A stretch of DNA of 64,000 nucleotides from Lama guanicoe (Eukaryota). The stretch lies in the NCBI GenBank assembly GCA_013239625.1, contig MU053594.1, positions 62,001 through 126,000 on the forward strand, written 5' to 3'. A model generated the notes under the pieces. It saw nothing but the letters and a program-made list of their open reading frames with translations. It did no database searches and had not been told where the DNA came from. The position numbers and the translations under genes were made by a program. The stretch's first letter is position 1; the number at the start of each line of letters is the position of its first letter. This document shows positions 50,785-63,010 of this stretch, piece after piece.

Positions 50785-50925
50785 CTCTTTCCTCTTTCTG
50801 GTCTCCCCGGCAGACTGGAAGCTCCTTGAGAACAGGGCTGGCCTCTGCCTTGTCATCTGCTCCATCCCCAGTTCTCTGCTTGGTGCTTGACACGGAGTCT
50901 GCGCTCACAATTGCCTGATAAACAA
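50785..50925 (+). mobile_element. L2 3' end fragment
   Basis: cagactggaagctccttgagaacaggg. Confidence 0.65.
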
Positions 50926-52225
50926 AGAAACCCCCCAGGCCGGTTCTGGGCCTGGGAAGGGGGCAGTGGCCACTCAGGGCAGTGCCAGGCTGTCCCCTAG
51001 GGGGTGGCAGAGTCCTTACTCTACACACTCTGGGCTCTCCACTGGCCCTTTTTCAAAACTCAAGGACATGGTCTCCGGCTGGAACTCGGGCAGCATGGGG
51101 GTGAAGGAAGGACAGGTTGGGAAGCACAGCTGTCTGCCTCCTCTGGAGCAGGGGGTCCTGTTCATCAGCCCTGCGCTCCCCGCCCGGCTGCCCGGGACCC
51201 ACATCCCAGCAGCGAACACGCAACCTCCCCCCCCCAACACACTCAGGAGCCTCCTGTCAGCCAGAGCGGCCCCTCCCCTGGCTGGCAGGATCTGCTGTGT
51301 GACCCCACTCCAGCCCAGGCACTGAGTGTATCTGAGGGTCAGTGTTAAAGGGACGGACAGACAGACATTCCCGCCCCTGTCAGTCTCCCAGGGATCCTGC
51401 AGAAGAGGCTCAAGGAGGCTTTAAGCGCTGCTATGGGGGTGGGGGGGGGCGGAGGGGACCAGCAGCTGCCTGACCACTCTGAATTTTCCAGACCCCTACT
51501 TCTCCCCTTTCTCCCGGACTTCCTGATGCCTCCAGAAAGTTCAACAGGGGCCAGAGGAAAGAGGAGGGGTCACAGCAGGTTAAGGCTGGGCGAAAAGAAA
51601 GGAGACCCTTGCCACAGCCCACCTGGAGGCTGGAGCCCGCGTAAGGCCTCCGTGTGTGGGAGCCGCTTCTCTCTGGGCCAAGGATCACCCCGCCTCGCAG
51701 GAATCAAAGAGGAGACCTGCCAGAAAAGCACTTTCAAAACCATAAAGCTTTCTATCAATGCCCAGCATTCCAACAACAACAGAGCTGAAATCCAGCAGAA
51801 GCACGTCAGGCAGGTTCCCCGCGGCCGCCCTCCTTCCCCGCCACTGCCTCTGGCCTCTCCCCCTCAGCAAAGTAAACAGCCTTCCTGCCCAGAGACGATG
51901 GGGTGGGGGTGGGGGGTCCGAGCATCCAGGAAGGGGAGTAGAAGATACTGAACCCAATCAGATGTGGGCTGGCGTCTCTCTGCAGTAAATAAGACAGAAG
52001 CCAATGAGGGAAGGGAAAAAAATTACACATCCCTCCCTCTCCAAAACCTCGCCCAGCCCCCATGCTAATAAGAAGAGGGAAGAAAAAGGAACTGCGCTGC
52101 AAAAACACCTCCCGTCTGCGTCTGCCAGCATCTAATGTTGAGTGCTGTGTCCTTTTTCTTTTAATTCCTTGAGATTTTAAAATAAACATCTTGACTGTTC
52201 TGATGAGATAGGCATGCCTGCTTAC

Positions 52226-52322
52226 ATAAGGAAGTACAGAGTGTACCAAAACAGCAGACCCAAAAAAAGCATAAGCTGTCAGAACAATGAGTACAGACGC
52301 TGGGCATTTTACAACGGGCCAT
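52226..52322 (-). CDS. ZBTB16: Putative coding part of an alternative first exon of ZBTB16 (MARCKMPSVCTHCSDSLCFFWVCCFGTLCTSL + 1 nt)
   Basis: acaccATGG Kozak context at 52322 with an in-frame upstream stop; 97 nt open to donor TAT|gtaagc; phase 1 matches the phase-1 acceptor of the ZF3 exon. No transcript evidence available. Confidence 0.45.
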
Positions 52323-52408
52323 GGTGTACAGTTTTATTTACAGTACCTCTTATCTGACAGAGAACAGTACACTGGCTGCCAATTCCAAAGGCCAGGACTG
52401 CGTGTTCT
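52233..52408. promoter_or_regulatory. Cluster of glucocorticoid/androgen response elements
   Basis: AGTACAgagTGTACC (52233-52247, fits RGNACAnnnTGTNCY), AGAACAatgAGTACA (52281-52295), AGGACTgcgTGTTCT (52394-52408); forkhead motifs at 52182-52188 and 52335-52341. ZBTB16 is an established GR/AR target gene. Confidence 0.7.
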
Positions 52409-52660
52409 TTCACTCAAGGAGATGTGTACTCCCTAAGAGGCGTGCTTTCTCAAATGCATGCTCGCTCTCCCTCTCTCCCTCTCTCTCTCTCTCTCTCTCC
52501 CCCTCCTCTCATTCTTTTGCTTTATTAACAAAACAAAAACTGATACAGGACCAACTGATAAGGTACACAGATTCAGGGGAGATGGAAAAGGGAAAGCAGG
52601 TGGGCAGATGTGGGTTGAATGGAAAACAACCAGCCCTATCGATTGGCTCAGGATACGGTT
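52323..52660 (-). promoter_or_regulatory. Putative internal promoter and 5' UTR
   Basis: Minus strand: agCCAATcg (52642-52646) about 85-90 bp upstream of two TCAGTT Inr-like motifs (52553-52558, 52538-52543), then a GA-rich repeat (about 52462-52510); GATA motifs at 52556-52561 and 52349-52355. Confidence 0.55.
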
Positions 52661-53259
52661 CAAGGGTAGTTCTCCGCGACAACGAAGTGGGAGAAAGGTC
52701 CTCAGGGCCTGGCCTCACTACAGGATGGGGGTGGAGGGATGAACTCATGATGCAGGGCCTCAGTCAAAGGTAGGGCTGAGAAAGCCCCCAGGACCACCTC
52801 CCTGCGGGCCACAGAGATCATGGAAGGACCAGGGATTTCGGGCGGCAGGTTTTCTCATCTCTAGATGTCAGTTTTCCATCAATGACCTGGTAAGTGCCAG
52901 ACACCTCACATCTGGCTAAATGTCCACTCTGGGGAGGATGTGACCTTGGAACGGGTCAAAAAGAAGTGCCAAGGCATGTCTAGTCTGAGAGAACATTTCT
53001 TATCCTACCTAATAAATGGCATACTACCAAGAGGTGCTGGAGTGCCCTGGGGCTCCTGGCTTTCACTGGATCCTATGGCCCTGCTCGTATGTCCCACAGA
53101 GAAAACAGAGGTCCACCTTGTCCCTTATCCCTGCAACTCAGTTCTCAGCCCAGAGAGGCTTAAAGAGCTCTTTTGTTACCACTTTTAGCACCAAAGCAGG
53201 TAACCCAATAGGCTTGGAAACACTGTCCACAGCCAGTAGAAAACACACATGCTCAACAC

Positions 53260-53520
53260 ACAGCTAGCTGCGCAGGAGAGAAGTTAAGAAAACTCGCTCT
53301 GGAATCACACATACACGGTTCTGCCATTTCCAGCTACCGCTCTGGGGAGGCTCATTATCTTCTCTGCGCATATTTCCTCACCTCTGAAACTGGGCACAGA
53401 CCATCTACACGGGCTTGAGTGATGCTTCATTTACATAGTACATGTCAAATCTTTGCCACCACGCCTGGCATCCACGGACTGCTCAATAAAAGCTAGTTGT
53501 CACTAACATCGTCAATTATC
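53260..53520 (+). mobile_element. MIR SINE
   Basis: gttaagaaaactcgctctggaatcacac...tttcctcacctctgaaactggg...tgctcaataaa. Confidence 0.78.
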
Positions 53521-54254
53521 GCCATGACTTCCTCCCTCAGTGTCAGTGGCTGACACAGGGATGTCAAAGGCACACAATGAACATAGCAGGATATTTTAAA
53601 TCTTCTTACTACCCCAGCCCAAATGCAAAGAGAAAGAAGGGAGGAGAGATGCCCACTCTGGACAAGTCTTCAAGGGAGGAGAAGATAAAGAAAGGCTAAG
53701 GACACTGACGGCTGTGCACCCCCAAGAAACCCCCATGCAAACCAACAGTGTACAAGGAAAAGACGTGTCCAGATCGCCCTGTGCTGGGAGAAGATCCAAA
53801 AAACAGTCCACCTCCCGTCGGCTCCCGACACTCATGGCCAAGTTTTGAGGGTGTTATCATCCTCCTAAAGAGAGGAGTGCAAACCTCTTAAGGTGGACGA
53901 CTTTACGTATTTAATTTTTTATTTTCTTAAGGTGAATGATTTTAAATAAACACAGGTAGGATGGTAAATCTGTTGCAGTAAAAACAACAGCAGCAGCAGA
54001 CAAGTCTTCCTGGAATCTAAGAGCACTGATCTGGGGGTTCATCTCACCACTGCCTTTAACCCATTTCTCCCCCCGGCACCTCCCATGACTGGCTAATCAA
54101 GGTACAGCGGTTATCAAGGCAACGACACAAAGCCCTCTCTTCCCCTGGGAAGGTCAGCCCCTGTTGTGATGGAGCAGACTTCCTTCCAGCACATCTCGCC
54201 AACTCGGAGACCTCCCAGAGGTACAGACCTACGGCGGTTTGCAGCCACACGTGG

Positions 54255-54420
54255 CTTTGGGGTTCTGCCCTTTGTTGGTGGTACGGGCCTGGCGCCCACT
54301 GGGTAGCCTTATTTCCCTCCTTAAAATGGGGTGATCAGTTCTCAGAAGATAATTTGAACAAGAACCTCGAAGAAGGCCCTGGCACACAGTAAGTGCCTGG
54401 ATAGTTTTGATGACTATGGA
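54255..54420 (+). mobile_element. MIR SINE fragment
   Basis: gccttatttccctccttaaaatgggg...cctggcacacagtaagtgc. Confidence 0.65.
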
Positions 54421-55509
54421 ATATCGCACTTCGTCGAGTTGATGAGCTCCAGGAGAACCAGCCTTTGGCCTGAGCTTCAGGAACTCCAGCCCATAACACT
54501 CCAGCCCCACAGTTGCTGGGGGTCAGGCCCACCTGCAATGAATAAATGGCCCAGAGAGGGGAGACATTGAAGTCTCTGAGGCTCTTGTACACATGGTCTT
54601 CAGCTACAGGGGATGAGAGAAGGGGCACCATCAGATGAGGCAGGACTCCGATTCCAGGAGGGTTCTGTTGGCCAGGGGCACCCGAGCTTTCCCGCAGCAG
54701 CACAAAGAGAAATGGACTCATAGTCCCAAGTGTCCCTGCCAGAGCTGTGTGGCCGAGGGTGCATCACTGCCTCTCTCCATCTATAAAGGACAAGTTTTAA
54801 GGTGAGAACTCTGTTAGGGAAAAAACAAAAAGATGAATGGGTGGTGTTGGAGATGAATCTGGAAGCACACAGCAACGGCAGTTAAACATGGCTGTGAAAG
54901 ATGCTCAAATGCTTATAACCCCTGGTGATGGGAGGGCGCTGGCTGGACCACACTGGGGCTGGGTTCCCTGATTCAGCCCGGGGATTCCTTCTCCAGGGGA
55001 AGACCTTGCTCTATCAGGCAGCAAAGTGGAACAGAGAGTCCAGACACCAAGAGAATCATTAGCCAGACAGAGCCAGCCTTTGCCAGTGAGGCCAAGGCAG
55101 AGGCTGACCCCTGAGTTCCAGGGAACACCCAAGCTTTCAGGTGTTTGTGCCTTTGTTTTGTTTAAAAGAGGTAGGACTGCAGTCTTGGCATCTGTAAGAG
55201 ACTAGGTGAAAGGGCCAGAAAGATCCCGGTGGGGATTTCTGCTGTGATTTTATGGGATATCCCCTCAACTGTTGGTCACCAACAACTGTCTTCCTCCCTG
55301 GTCCCCGCTTGGGATTCTGAGGTGACAGATTCATCACGGGAAGAGGGCCTTCTGCCGGCATCTAGCAGTCTCAGAGCACTTTTTGTTACTTGAGTCTTTG
55401 GCCTCCTCCTCTCAACTTCAATTACCCTGCTTCTTTTACTGAAGCACCTCCAGGGTTCTCGGCCACAGACCTTCATCCGGAATCTGGCATGGAGGGGACC
55501 CCCCAGCCT

Positions 55510-55510
<1 letters not shown>

Positions 55511-55546
<36 letters not shown>
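55511..55546. repeat. (CA)n microsatellite, perfect
   Basis: Uninterrupted AC run. Confidence 0.97.
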
Positions 55547-56329
55547 CCCTCCCCGGGGTAAGAGTCATGAGTGCTGCCTATACAATGGGGAAAAGCAAGT
55601 CCAGGCCACTCCAGGGGTGATGGCCAAGATCAAAACCCCGCCTACCCACAACATCACCAGCTGACGTCTGCCACCACCCTAGTCCTCCAACATCCTCTTA
55701 GACCCCCTCCAGTTACATTTTCCCTTGAGGCCATTTTCAGAGAAAAGGGGGGGGGAAGCCTTCCTTGGCCCTGACTGCAGTCTGGCCCTCCTCCCTCCCT
55801 CCTAGCCAGAGCCTTCCTCCCTTGTTTCTCACTGACTGAAAAGTGTACCGAGTCCTCTCACAATGTTGGGGTCTCTCTGGGCGCCCTCTAGAGAGACTTC
55901 CCACATCCCCTCTTTTCTCAGAATCCCCTACTCTTTCCCTACCCCCGGCATCTCTCTCCAGTTCCACTCGCTACTCCCTCTGTGTACCTCTGCTTAGGTA
56001 ATCATATTTCAGCAAGTGACAAGAAACAGAGCATTTCGGGGGGCATCAAGCGCCATCACAGTGGGATAACCCCTGCCATCCCCCAAGAAACCAGCGGGCA
56101 GGGCTCTGCGAACGAGTGTCCCTTGACTCTTCCGCTGGCTGTGACCTGTAAGAGCCTGCAGACAGCAACTTCTCTACTCTCGAGAGCTCCGCCAGGAAGC
56201 CACACCTCAGCCCTTCCAGACATCCCTCCGGGCTGCCGGGAAGGGGAAGGATTCAGTCACTGTCAAGCCTGTCCCTGGCTTTGATGTCGAAAGATTTCCG
56301 CTCAGGTGCCCCCCAGCTACACCAAGAAC

Positions 56330-56890
56330 AGAAGCAGTCTAACCTCCCCGAGCCTCGGTTTCCCCACCTGCTGAACAGGTAACGATACATCCCTCGGATC
56401 CTACAAGTGGGACTTTAGAAGTGGCACAACTCCAGGGAGCACCGCTCAATCAAAAACGCGGCCGCAAGCTTGTTCGGAGTTTTTAAGGAGATGATGCATA
56501 TGACGATGCCCAGCCACAGGAACGGGCGCGCTTGGCAACTGTATCCTGACTCTCCCCTTCCCAGGATGCTAGGGGTCCGGCAAGGGCTGCCCTGCAGTGA
56601 GAAGCAATGACACTGCCGCTGCTCCTGTGAGAATATTGATAACTAACACTTATTGGGCACTTACTATAAAATAAATGCCATGTTAACTACTTGACATGCC
56701 ACGTACCGTTTAACTCTCCCATCAGCTCTAAGATTGTCCCCATTTTAAAGAGGTGAACACCGAGGTTTGTAAAGCTTAGTTCACTGGTCCAAGGGCTCAT
56801 AGCCGGTACGTGTAAAGAAAAAGAAACAAACTCAGGATGGCAGCGTGGAAATCCATCTAATCATCAGGGCCTTCGATTTTGACTTTATAC
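56330..56890. mobile_element. MIR SINEs (plus about 56330-56500, minus about 56635-56890)
   Basis: aacctccccgagcctcggtttccccacctg; ccccattttaaagaggtgaacaccgagg. Confidence 0.75.
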
Positions 56891-57129
56891 ATATAAACAG
56901 TGAAAGGGTAAGAAGTTCACATGAAGGGGAGGAGAGAAAGGTCCCAGAGGCAACGGGCTCGACACCTCTGCTGTTCTCCACGCTCCGGTTCACCCCCGGA
57001 CGTAGGGGATCTTTCCCACCAGCCTGAAGGCCATACCCTCTTCTCTAAACACTTCCCTCTGAAGAACCACCCTCCCTTCTTGGCCCAGGAATGTACCACC
57101 ACTGTCCATCAGACAGGGCCTGGACTGGG

Positions 57130-57310
57130 GCCAGCAGCGCCAGAGTCAAGATCTGCCTCTGCTGTGGACTGTGGTGTAGTCCAGAATCCCGAGTGACTCG
57201 GCATCCACTTCTCCACCTGCAAAATGGACATCGTGTTAGGTGTTAAGAGCTACCTAAAGCTGACAGGGGAAGGAATGAGTTCAAGACATGAAGACATGTA
57301 GGGCCTGACA
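57130..57310 (+). mobile_element. MIR SINE fragment
   Basis: cttctccacctgcaaaatgg. Confidence 0.55.
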
Positions 57311-57831
57311 GAAGAAAAGGTACCACCGAACTTCTAGACTGACTTACAGCTAAAACCACAACTGGGGACAGCCCTCCACGACTGGCTCCCTTCCTGGGCA
57401 TTCTTCTTCTGGCTTCTAAGCAAGCAAGCCAGTCTATCATAAAAGACAATCAATTGTATTCACTTAAAATAGAAAAATGGCCCCTCACATTGATGAATGA
57501 CAGCAAAGTACGAAGAACAAAATTGACAAGGTTTCCTTGGTTGGCCCTCGGTTAACCAGAAAGTCCCCCTCGTGCCCCTTTCCCGGGCAGCCTCGTTGAT
57601 CCAGGCGCCACCGAGCAGATGCTCACCCTTGGCTCCGAGGTCTCTCCCCTTCCCCAGCTCTCTCTGCACGTGCCTCTTATCATCCGCCCTTTATTCACTG
57701 CCCAAATTGGGTCCTTCCCCCCCAAGAACAGCAGGTAATCCAATTAGTTTGGGGCTGAATATGTAGATTTTAGGCCAAAGTGTTCACCCTAGATAGACTT
57801 CAATGTCATCAGTTACTTTAAATTCACTAAT

Positions 57832-57855
57832 ACACACACACACACACACACACAC
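57832..57855. repeat. (CA)n microsatellite
   Basis: Directly visible. Confidence 0.95.
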
Positions 57856-58859
57856 CTGCGGGGTTCTTCAAACCAAGTCAGAAGCAACCAACCCACAGCT
57901 CCCACTGTCACTCTATTCTTGATGACAGCTGGGAAAGAGGCCCGTCACCTGGCTCGCCCGTCACAACAGCCACGACCCCATCTCGGGCCAGGGGACCCTG
58001 GAGTCTTCTGCCCCTCCACCTCCCTCAGGCCCCTCAGTGGCACCTCGAGGCTGCCAGTCTCTCCAGGCCTGCGGTGGCTTTCAGAAAACAGAGCATTTCT
58101 ATTTTTAGCACTTCTCAGCCTAATAATACTCCCCAACCCCCTTTCAGCTTAATCACTTTATTGAGGACAAGAAGCAGGCTCTCCAGCCCGGGTGCTTCTG
58201 ATGTTAGGAAGTAGTAAAATGTTCCAACTGGTTAAAAATGACACTCATTGGCTTGCCTTTGGTGTTTCTGAAACCTTAATTGTGGCTCAGGCTGTGGATC
58301 TAAAGAAGCTTGCAGGTTTCAGAGTCTTTCTTCCCTTACCCCCCGCACCATAATTGAGGTGTTACATTACAGCAACGGCACTGACGTCTGCAGGCTCAAA
58401 ATTCAGAAGCCTGAAGCCTCCACACTTTTCAAAACAGAAATTTTGCCTGTCACACTTCATGCCCGTTCTTAGCATGAACCATCACCCCAACGTGCCCCCC
58501 AACCAAGAAAAAAATAAAAGAACTCGGCTTTTCTGGCTGACCTCATGCAAAAGGTCCAGGTGGGGTACCTTTTTCCTGTGTTAAGAATTACTAAAGTGCG
58601 TCTGACAATGCAAATGACATCAACTTGCTGCCGGAGAACAGGAGGGTTCGTGTGGTGTCATTAGACGACCTGAGAATTTGGTGAGGGCAGAACACAGTCT
58701 GCCGGCAGCTCTTCTCCACGCACCTTTGAGAATGTGATTTTCAAAGCTTTGGGGCCAGTTTTGCAAGTGTGCAAGTCTGCCACGGAGCTAGGAGCTGGGA
58801 GAGGCAGGCAGCCTGGAGAGGCACTGGAAATCATTTTGCCTCCGAGATGAAGACCCGAG

Positions 58860-59045
58860 GTTTCGGAGGCAGGGAGACCTGAATTCACATCCCACCTCTG
58901 CTTCTTATTCCCTGGTGATCCTGAGCCAGGAAACTCAGTTTCCTCATCCATAAGGTGGGCATAATAATAGGGGTGGTCACAGGGGTCTGGTGGGGATGAC
59001 ATGCGGTGACGGAGTCAAGTGTCTGGCACAGGACTGGTCAGTGTC
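58860..59045 (+). mobile_element. MIR SINE
   Basis: ggagacctgaattcacatccc...ctcagtttcctcatccataaggtgggcataataatag. Confidence 0.8.
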
Positions 59046-59694
59046 AGCCTCTGTTACAACTGTCTGGTCTTCTCCCTTCTGCTCTGGGCGCCCTTTGAGA
59101 CGAAGCGTTTGGTCTTTGTCTCTCCGGCCTCGCACAGCCACCAAATAAGGAACGTAGCACAAGAATGGCTCACCAGAGCCAGTGGCCCATGGTCTCGGAG
59201 ATCTTGGACATGAGGGAGGGAGCTTCTGTGAATTCAAAGCAGTGGATGGAGGCTGCCCCAAAACAGAAGCTCTGAGGGACGACTTCTCAGGTGTCCTTCA
59301 GCCAAGCTAGCCACAGCCGGATCCGAGGCCGGCAAACTCCCCGGGATGGGCTCCGTCACCTGCCTGGCCAGCTCCCTCCTTTCCTCCTTCCCTCCTTAGG
59401 CAAGGCGCTCAAAGCACCTTCATCAACTTCCTGCTCTTCGGAAGGGAGAGGCAGAATGCCTCATTAACTTTCCTAGCTAATTTTACAATTTAACCAAACA
59501 CCACATTCCTGTCTCGATGCAGCCAGCCTCTGACTGGGACACATTTATATGTGAGATGGAGACAGAAGACGGTCCAGGCCCAAGACTGAAGGCAGAGTTG
59601 TGCCAACTGAAGTAGGAGATGGAGAACAGAAAGAAGTGATGGGCTGTGTACTTTAAAAAAAAAAAAAAAAAAACGGGGAGACGGGGGGGGGGGG

Positions 59695-59836
59695 NNNNNN
59701 NNNNNNNNNNNNNNNNNNNNNNNNNNNNNNNNNNNNNNNNNNNNNNNNNNNNNNNNNNNNNNNNNNNNNNNNNNNNNNNNNNNNNNNNNNNNNNNNNNNN
59801 NNNNNNNNNNNNNNNNNNNNNNNNNNNNNNNNNNNN
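59695..59836. other. Assembly gap (142 N)
   Basis: Run of n between poly(G) and poly(A). Confidence 0.99.
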
Positions 59837-62809
59837 AAAAAAAAAAAAAAAAACAGCTCTACGTATGCTCGCCGAGCAGGATTCTAGGCTGTGCCGGGCT
59901 GAGAAGTGAGGGCAGAAAGCCCCACAGGGCTTGCGGTGTCAGAAAGATGGAGCGCTCGGGGAGGGGGGGAGGCTGGGGGCTCTACCTGGAAGCACAGTTA
60001 CACACTGTCCTCCGAGGGGCATGATTCAATGCAGGTGGGCAGCGGGCCAGAGGCCGGGCAGGGCCGCCCAGAGGACAAGGTTGGCTTGGCAAGGCCCCAG
60101 GACCCCTGCCAAAGGGCGCTGAAAAGTCCTTCCAGGCTACTTCGTCCGGGGCCTGCGGGTGGCAGGTTCAGGCCCCCGACCTCCTGATTATGACTCTGGC
60201 TGGAGGTGCGGTGCCAGAGAGGGCAGCGTGTCGAAAAAAGTTTTACCATAAAGAATCCTCTGGGACAGAAAAGACCCTCTTTATGCCCACCCAGGACAGA
60301 GAGACCCCAGTTGAGACAGAGGATGTGATTCGGGCCTCGTTCTCTGCGGTCAGGCCTGCTCTCAGCACACATGTCAGCAGTGAAGGTGCTGGCTTGAGCA
60401 TCTCCTTGCTCCCTGGTCAGCGGTCCTTGAACTTCCAATGTCTGCACCCATCCCTCTCCATCCTATACTCCAGAGCGTCTGACTATGGACCCCAAATCCC
60501 AATCAACGTAAAACTGGCCCATCAGGGTTCTCCCAGATGTGCTGGGTCGTTCGCATCAGGCCCCAGCCAAGGGACCACGTGATCGGGGCCGTTCAGGCAG
60601 AAATCCCCCGTGGGGCGGCAGCTTCCCAAAGAGCCAGTCTCTGGGCCTTTGTCTCCCCTGGGCTCATCTTAATGAAGAAATAAAAGGAGGAGGATTCCGG
60701 CAAATCAGAAGTTTCATGGAGTTCTCTCCTTACCTGGAGTTACCTTGTTACTGAAAACGACCATGGCCTTGCATAATTACTCCAGCAAAATGCTGCTGCA
60801 GCCGCCAATGAGCTCCCAGAGCTCAATTAGCTGGTAATAGTCAGTGAGAGCCACCGAGGTTTAATCCGACTGCCCCAGAAGACTTCTTATCCCAACTACT
60901 TAATGAAAAGTTTAGAACTTACTTTTTTTTTTCCTTTTCCCTGGCAAGTGAAAGAATTCCAACCAACATAGGATGGGGTGGGGGGAGGGAGGGAGCATTT
61001 AAACTACCAGGGAGAAATCGAGAAGAGATGTCTTTGTCAGGTTGCATCCTGGAGAGGGAGCTCCCACCTCCACGTTCAGGAGACGCACGATGGGGACTTC
61101 AGGGCTGGCCTGAGTAGGAGGAGGGCGGGGCCCCCGGGGCCTGGGTCCAAGAACCCCTCCCCCATTCCCCATGGCCTCCAGGGCAGCCAAGACTCCGTCC
61201 TCAGCCCCACCAGGTGCAGCTCTTGAAGCTCTGTGTTCTCAGCCTGGGCTTCATGGAGCCTGGGCACTTCATGACATATTTTAGAGTTTATCCAGCCTGG
61301 CATGAGAAACAGAGACTGCTCTGGATCTGCATCCAATCTGAAACCCCGCTTTCACATGTGTGTTTGCTTTGTGGACACCTCAAAACGGAGGGCCCACCTG
61401 AAGTCCCAGCTTTTAATATTTAATGCAGTATTTTTCAACCTCCAGCCCAAGAAGGGTCATAACATCCTTAGAACTCTGAGGATTCTCCAGTCTGAGAAAC
61501 TGGGCTTTAAGCCCCTTCAAGGAGGAGGAGGGGAATGGGATAGGGGGGCACAGGAAGAGACACCTGCCAGGATGGCTCTTGCTCATGGTAGTTCTTGCTT
61601 CCTCTTGTCCAGCTAAGCTGGTCCACTGCCCACCATGAAGCCCCACGTGAACATTCCAGCAGGAAAGAGCCCATCAAAACCCCAGGAGCCTCCTTTCTGA
61701 AGCCCATCCTCATCGCCCTGGTCCTCAGGAGTTTCTCCCTCCTGTAAGCTGCCACACTCATCCTTTTTCCCCTTTGTGGGGATGGGGGCACACCCCACCT
61801 TGCTGGGGGCCGACGGCGCCATCCTCTCAGCCAGACCGAAAGCCCCACGCAGGCAAGCCACCCCTCCATCTGCCCTGCCAGGCTTTGCATGACACTGGCC
61901 TGCAGCTGATAATGGCGAACTGACGAACTCATTCATGAAAGATTTTCTCCCCAAAGAAAGCCGCACCTAGTGACCCAGAACAGCCACCGAGGTTTCTCTG
62001 CTGCCCCAGCCTTCACTGCCTGGCTCCCATTTGGTTGATGTTTGGGTCCCCAGAGAAGGCTCCAGCACCCTCAGCGCGCGCCTGGGGAAGATGAGGTTGT
62101 TGGAGAACAGACAGCGTGAGCCTTGTGTCAAGTGGTTTAGCTTCACTGGACAGAATCCAAAAGATCAGGGAGGCCATGATCTTCCCGCCGCATCTCACTG
62201 CAAGACACTGAGGTTTGGGGAGTTGGTGACACCCCAAGTGGTCACAGCCCTCACATTTCTGGATGCAGCACTGGTCAGCTGCCTCTTTCCCTCCTGATTC
62301 AGCACCACAGAGCAGAGGGCCTCCCCCTCCGGGAGCAGAGTGCCCGGCTGGGTCCCCATGCGGGAGGAACCACAGGCAGCTCTCTGGTCCTACCCCTCCT
62401 CTCTGTGTGGGACAGCGGTGGGGAGTAAGAATGGGGAAACGACACAGCCAAGCTCTCACCTGGGTGGGAGGGCCAAGGACTCGCCCACAGACCCTCCAGT
62501 AACACCCTCAGAACCACCCCACGCCCAGCCCTGCAAGGCGACGGAGCAATGGCCAAAATGGCAGTTACAGCTGAACACACGTGACTCCGAGCAAGAAGCT
62601 CATAAGCCACACACCTGCTCCGGGTGACCCAGGTGCAAGGCCCCGAGCAGTAGCCAATTACCCATCCTACCCCCACGACCCCTGGGGACAGAGCCTGATT
62701 GGCTTTCCCCGTCTCAGCCCCTCAGTTGCTGAGACACCGGTTAGCGTCATAAACAGACAGGAAGCCTTTGGGCCAGTACCGCAGTGTGAGCTTCTAGAAA
62801 AGTCAGGGT

Positions 62810-63010
62810 GTGGAGGGCAGGGAGCCCTGGCTATGAATCCACTCCTGGCCGTGGGACTTTACACAAATTACTTCCACTCTTTAAGCCTCAGTGTTCCCAC
62901 CTGCAAAATGGAACCAGCATAACTATACTCCAAGGGCAGTGTGAGGTAAGTGAGTTCAGACACACAGCATGCCATGCACGGTGCCAGGCATCCAATAAAT
63001 GTAGTGATTT
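62810..63010 (+). mobile_element. MIR SINE
   Basis: gcctcagtgttcccacctgcaaaatgg...caataaatgtag. Confidence 0.8.

Noticed and set aside
60729..60740. Consensus donor-like sites on the minus strand (e.g. CAG|gtaagg)
   Set aside because: No matching acceptor or PLZF-like reading frame found; such sites are common in long introns.
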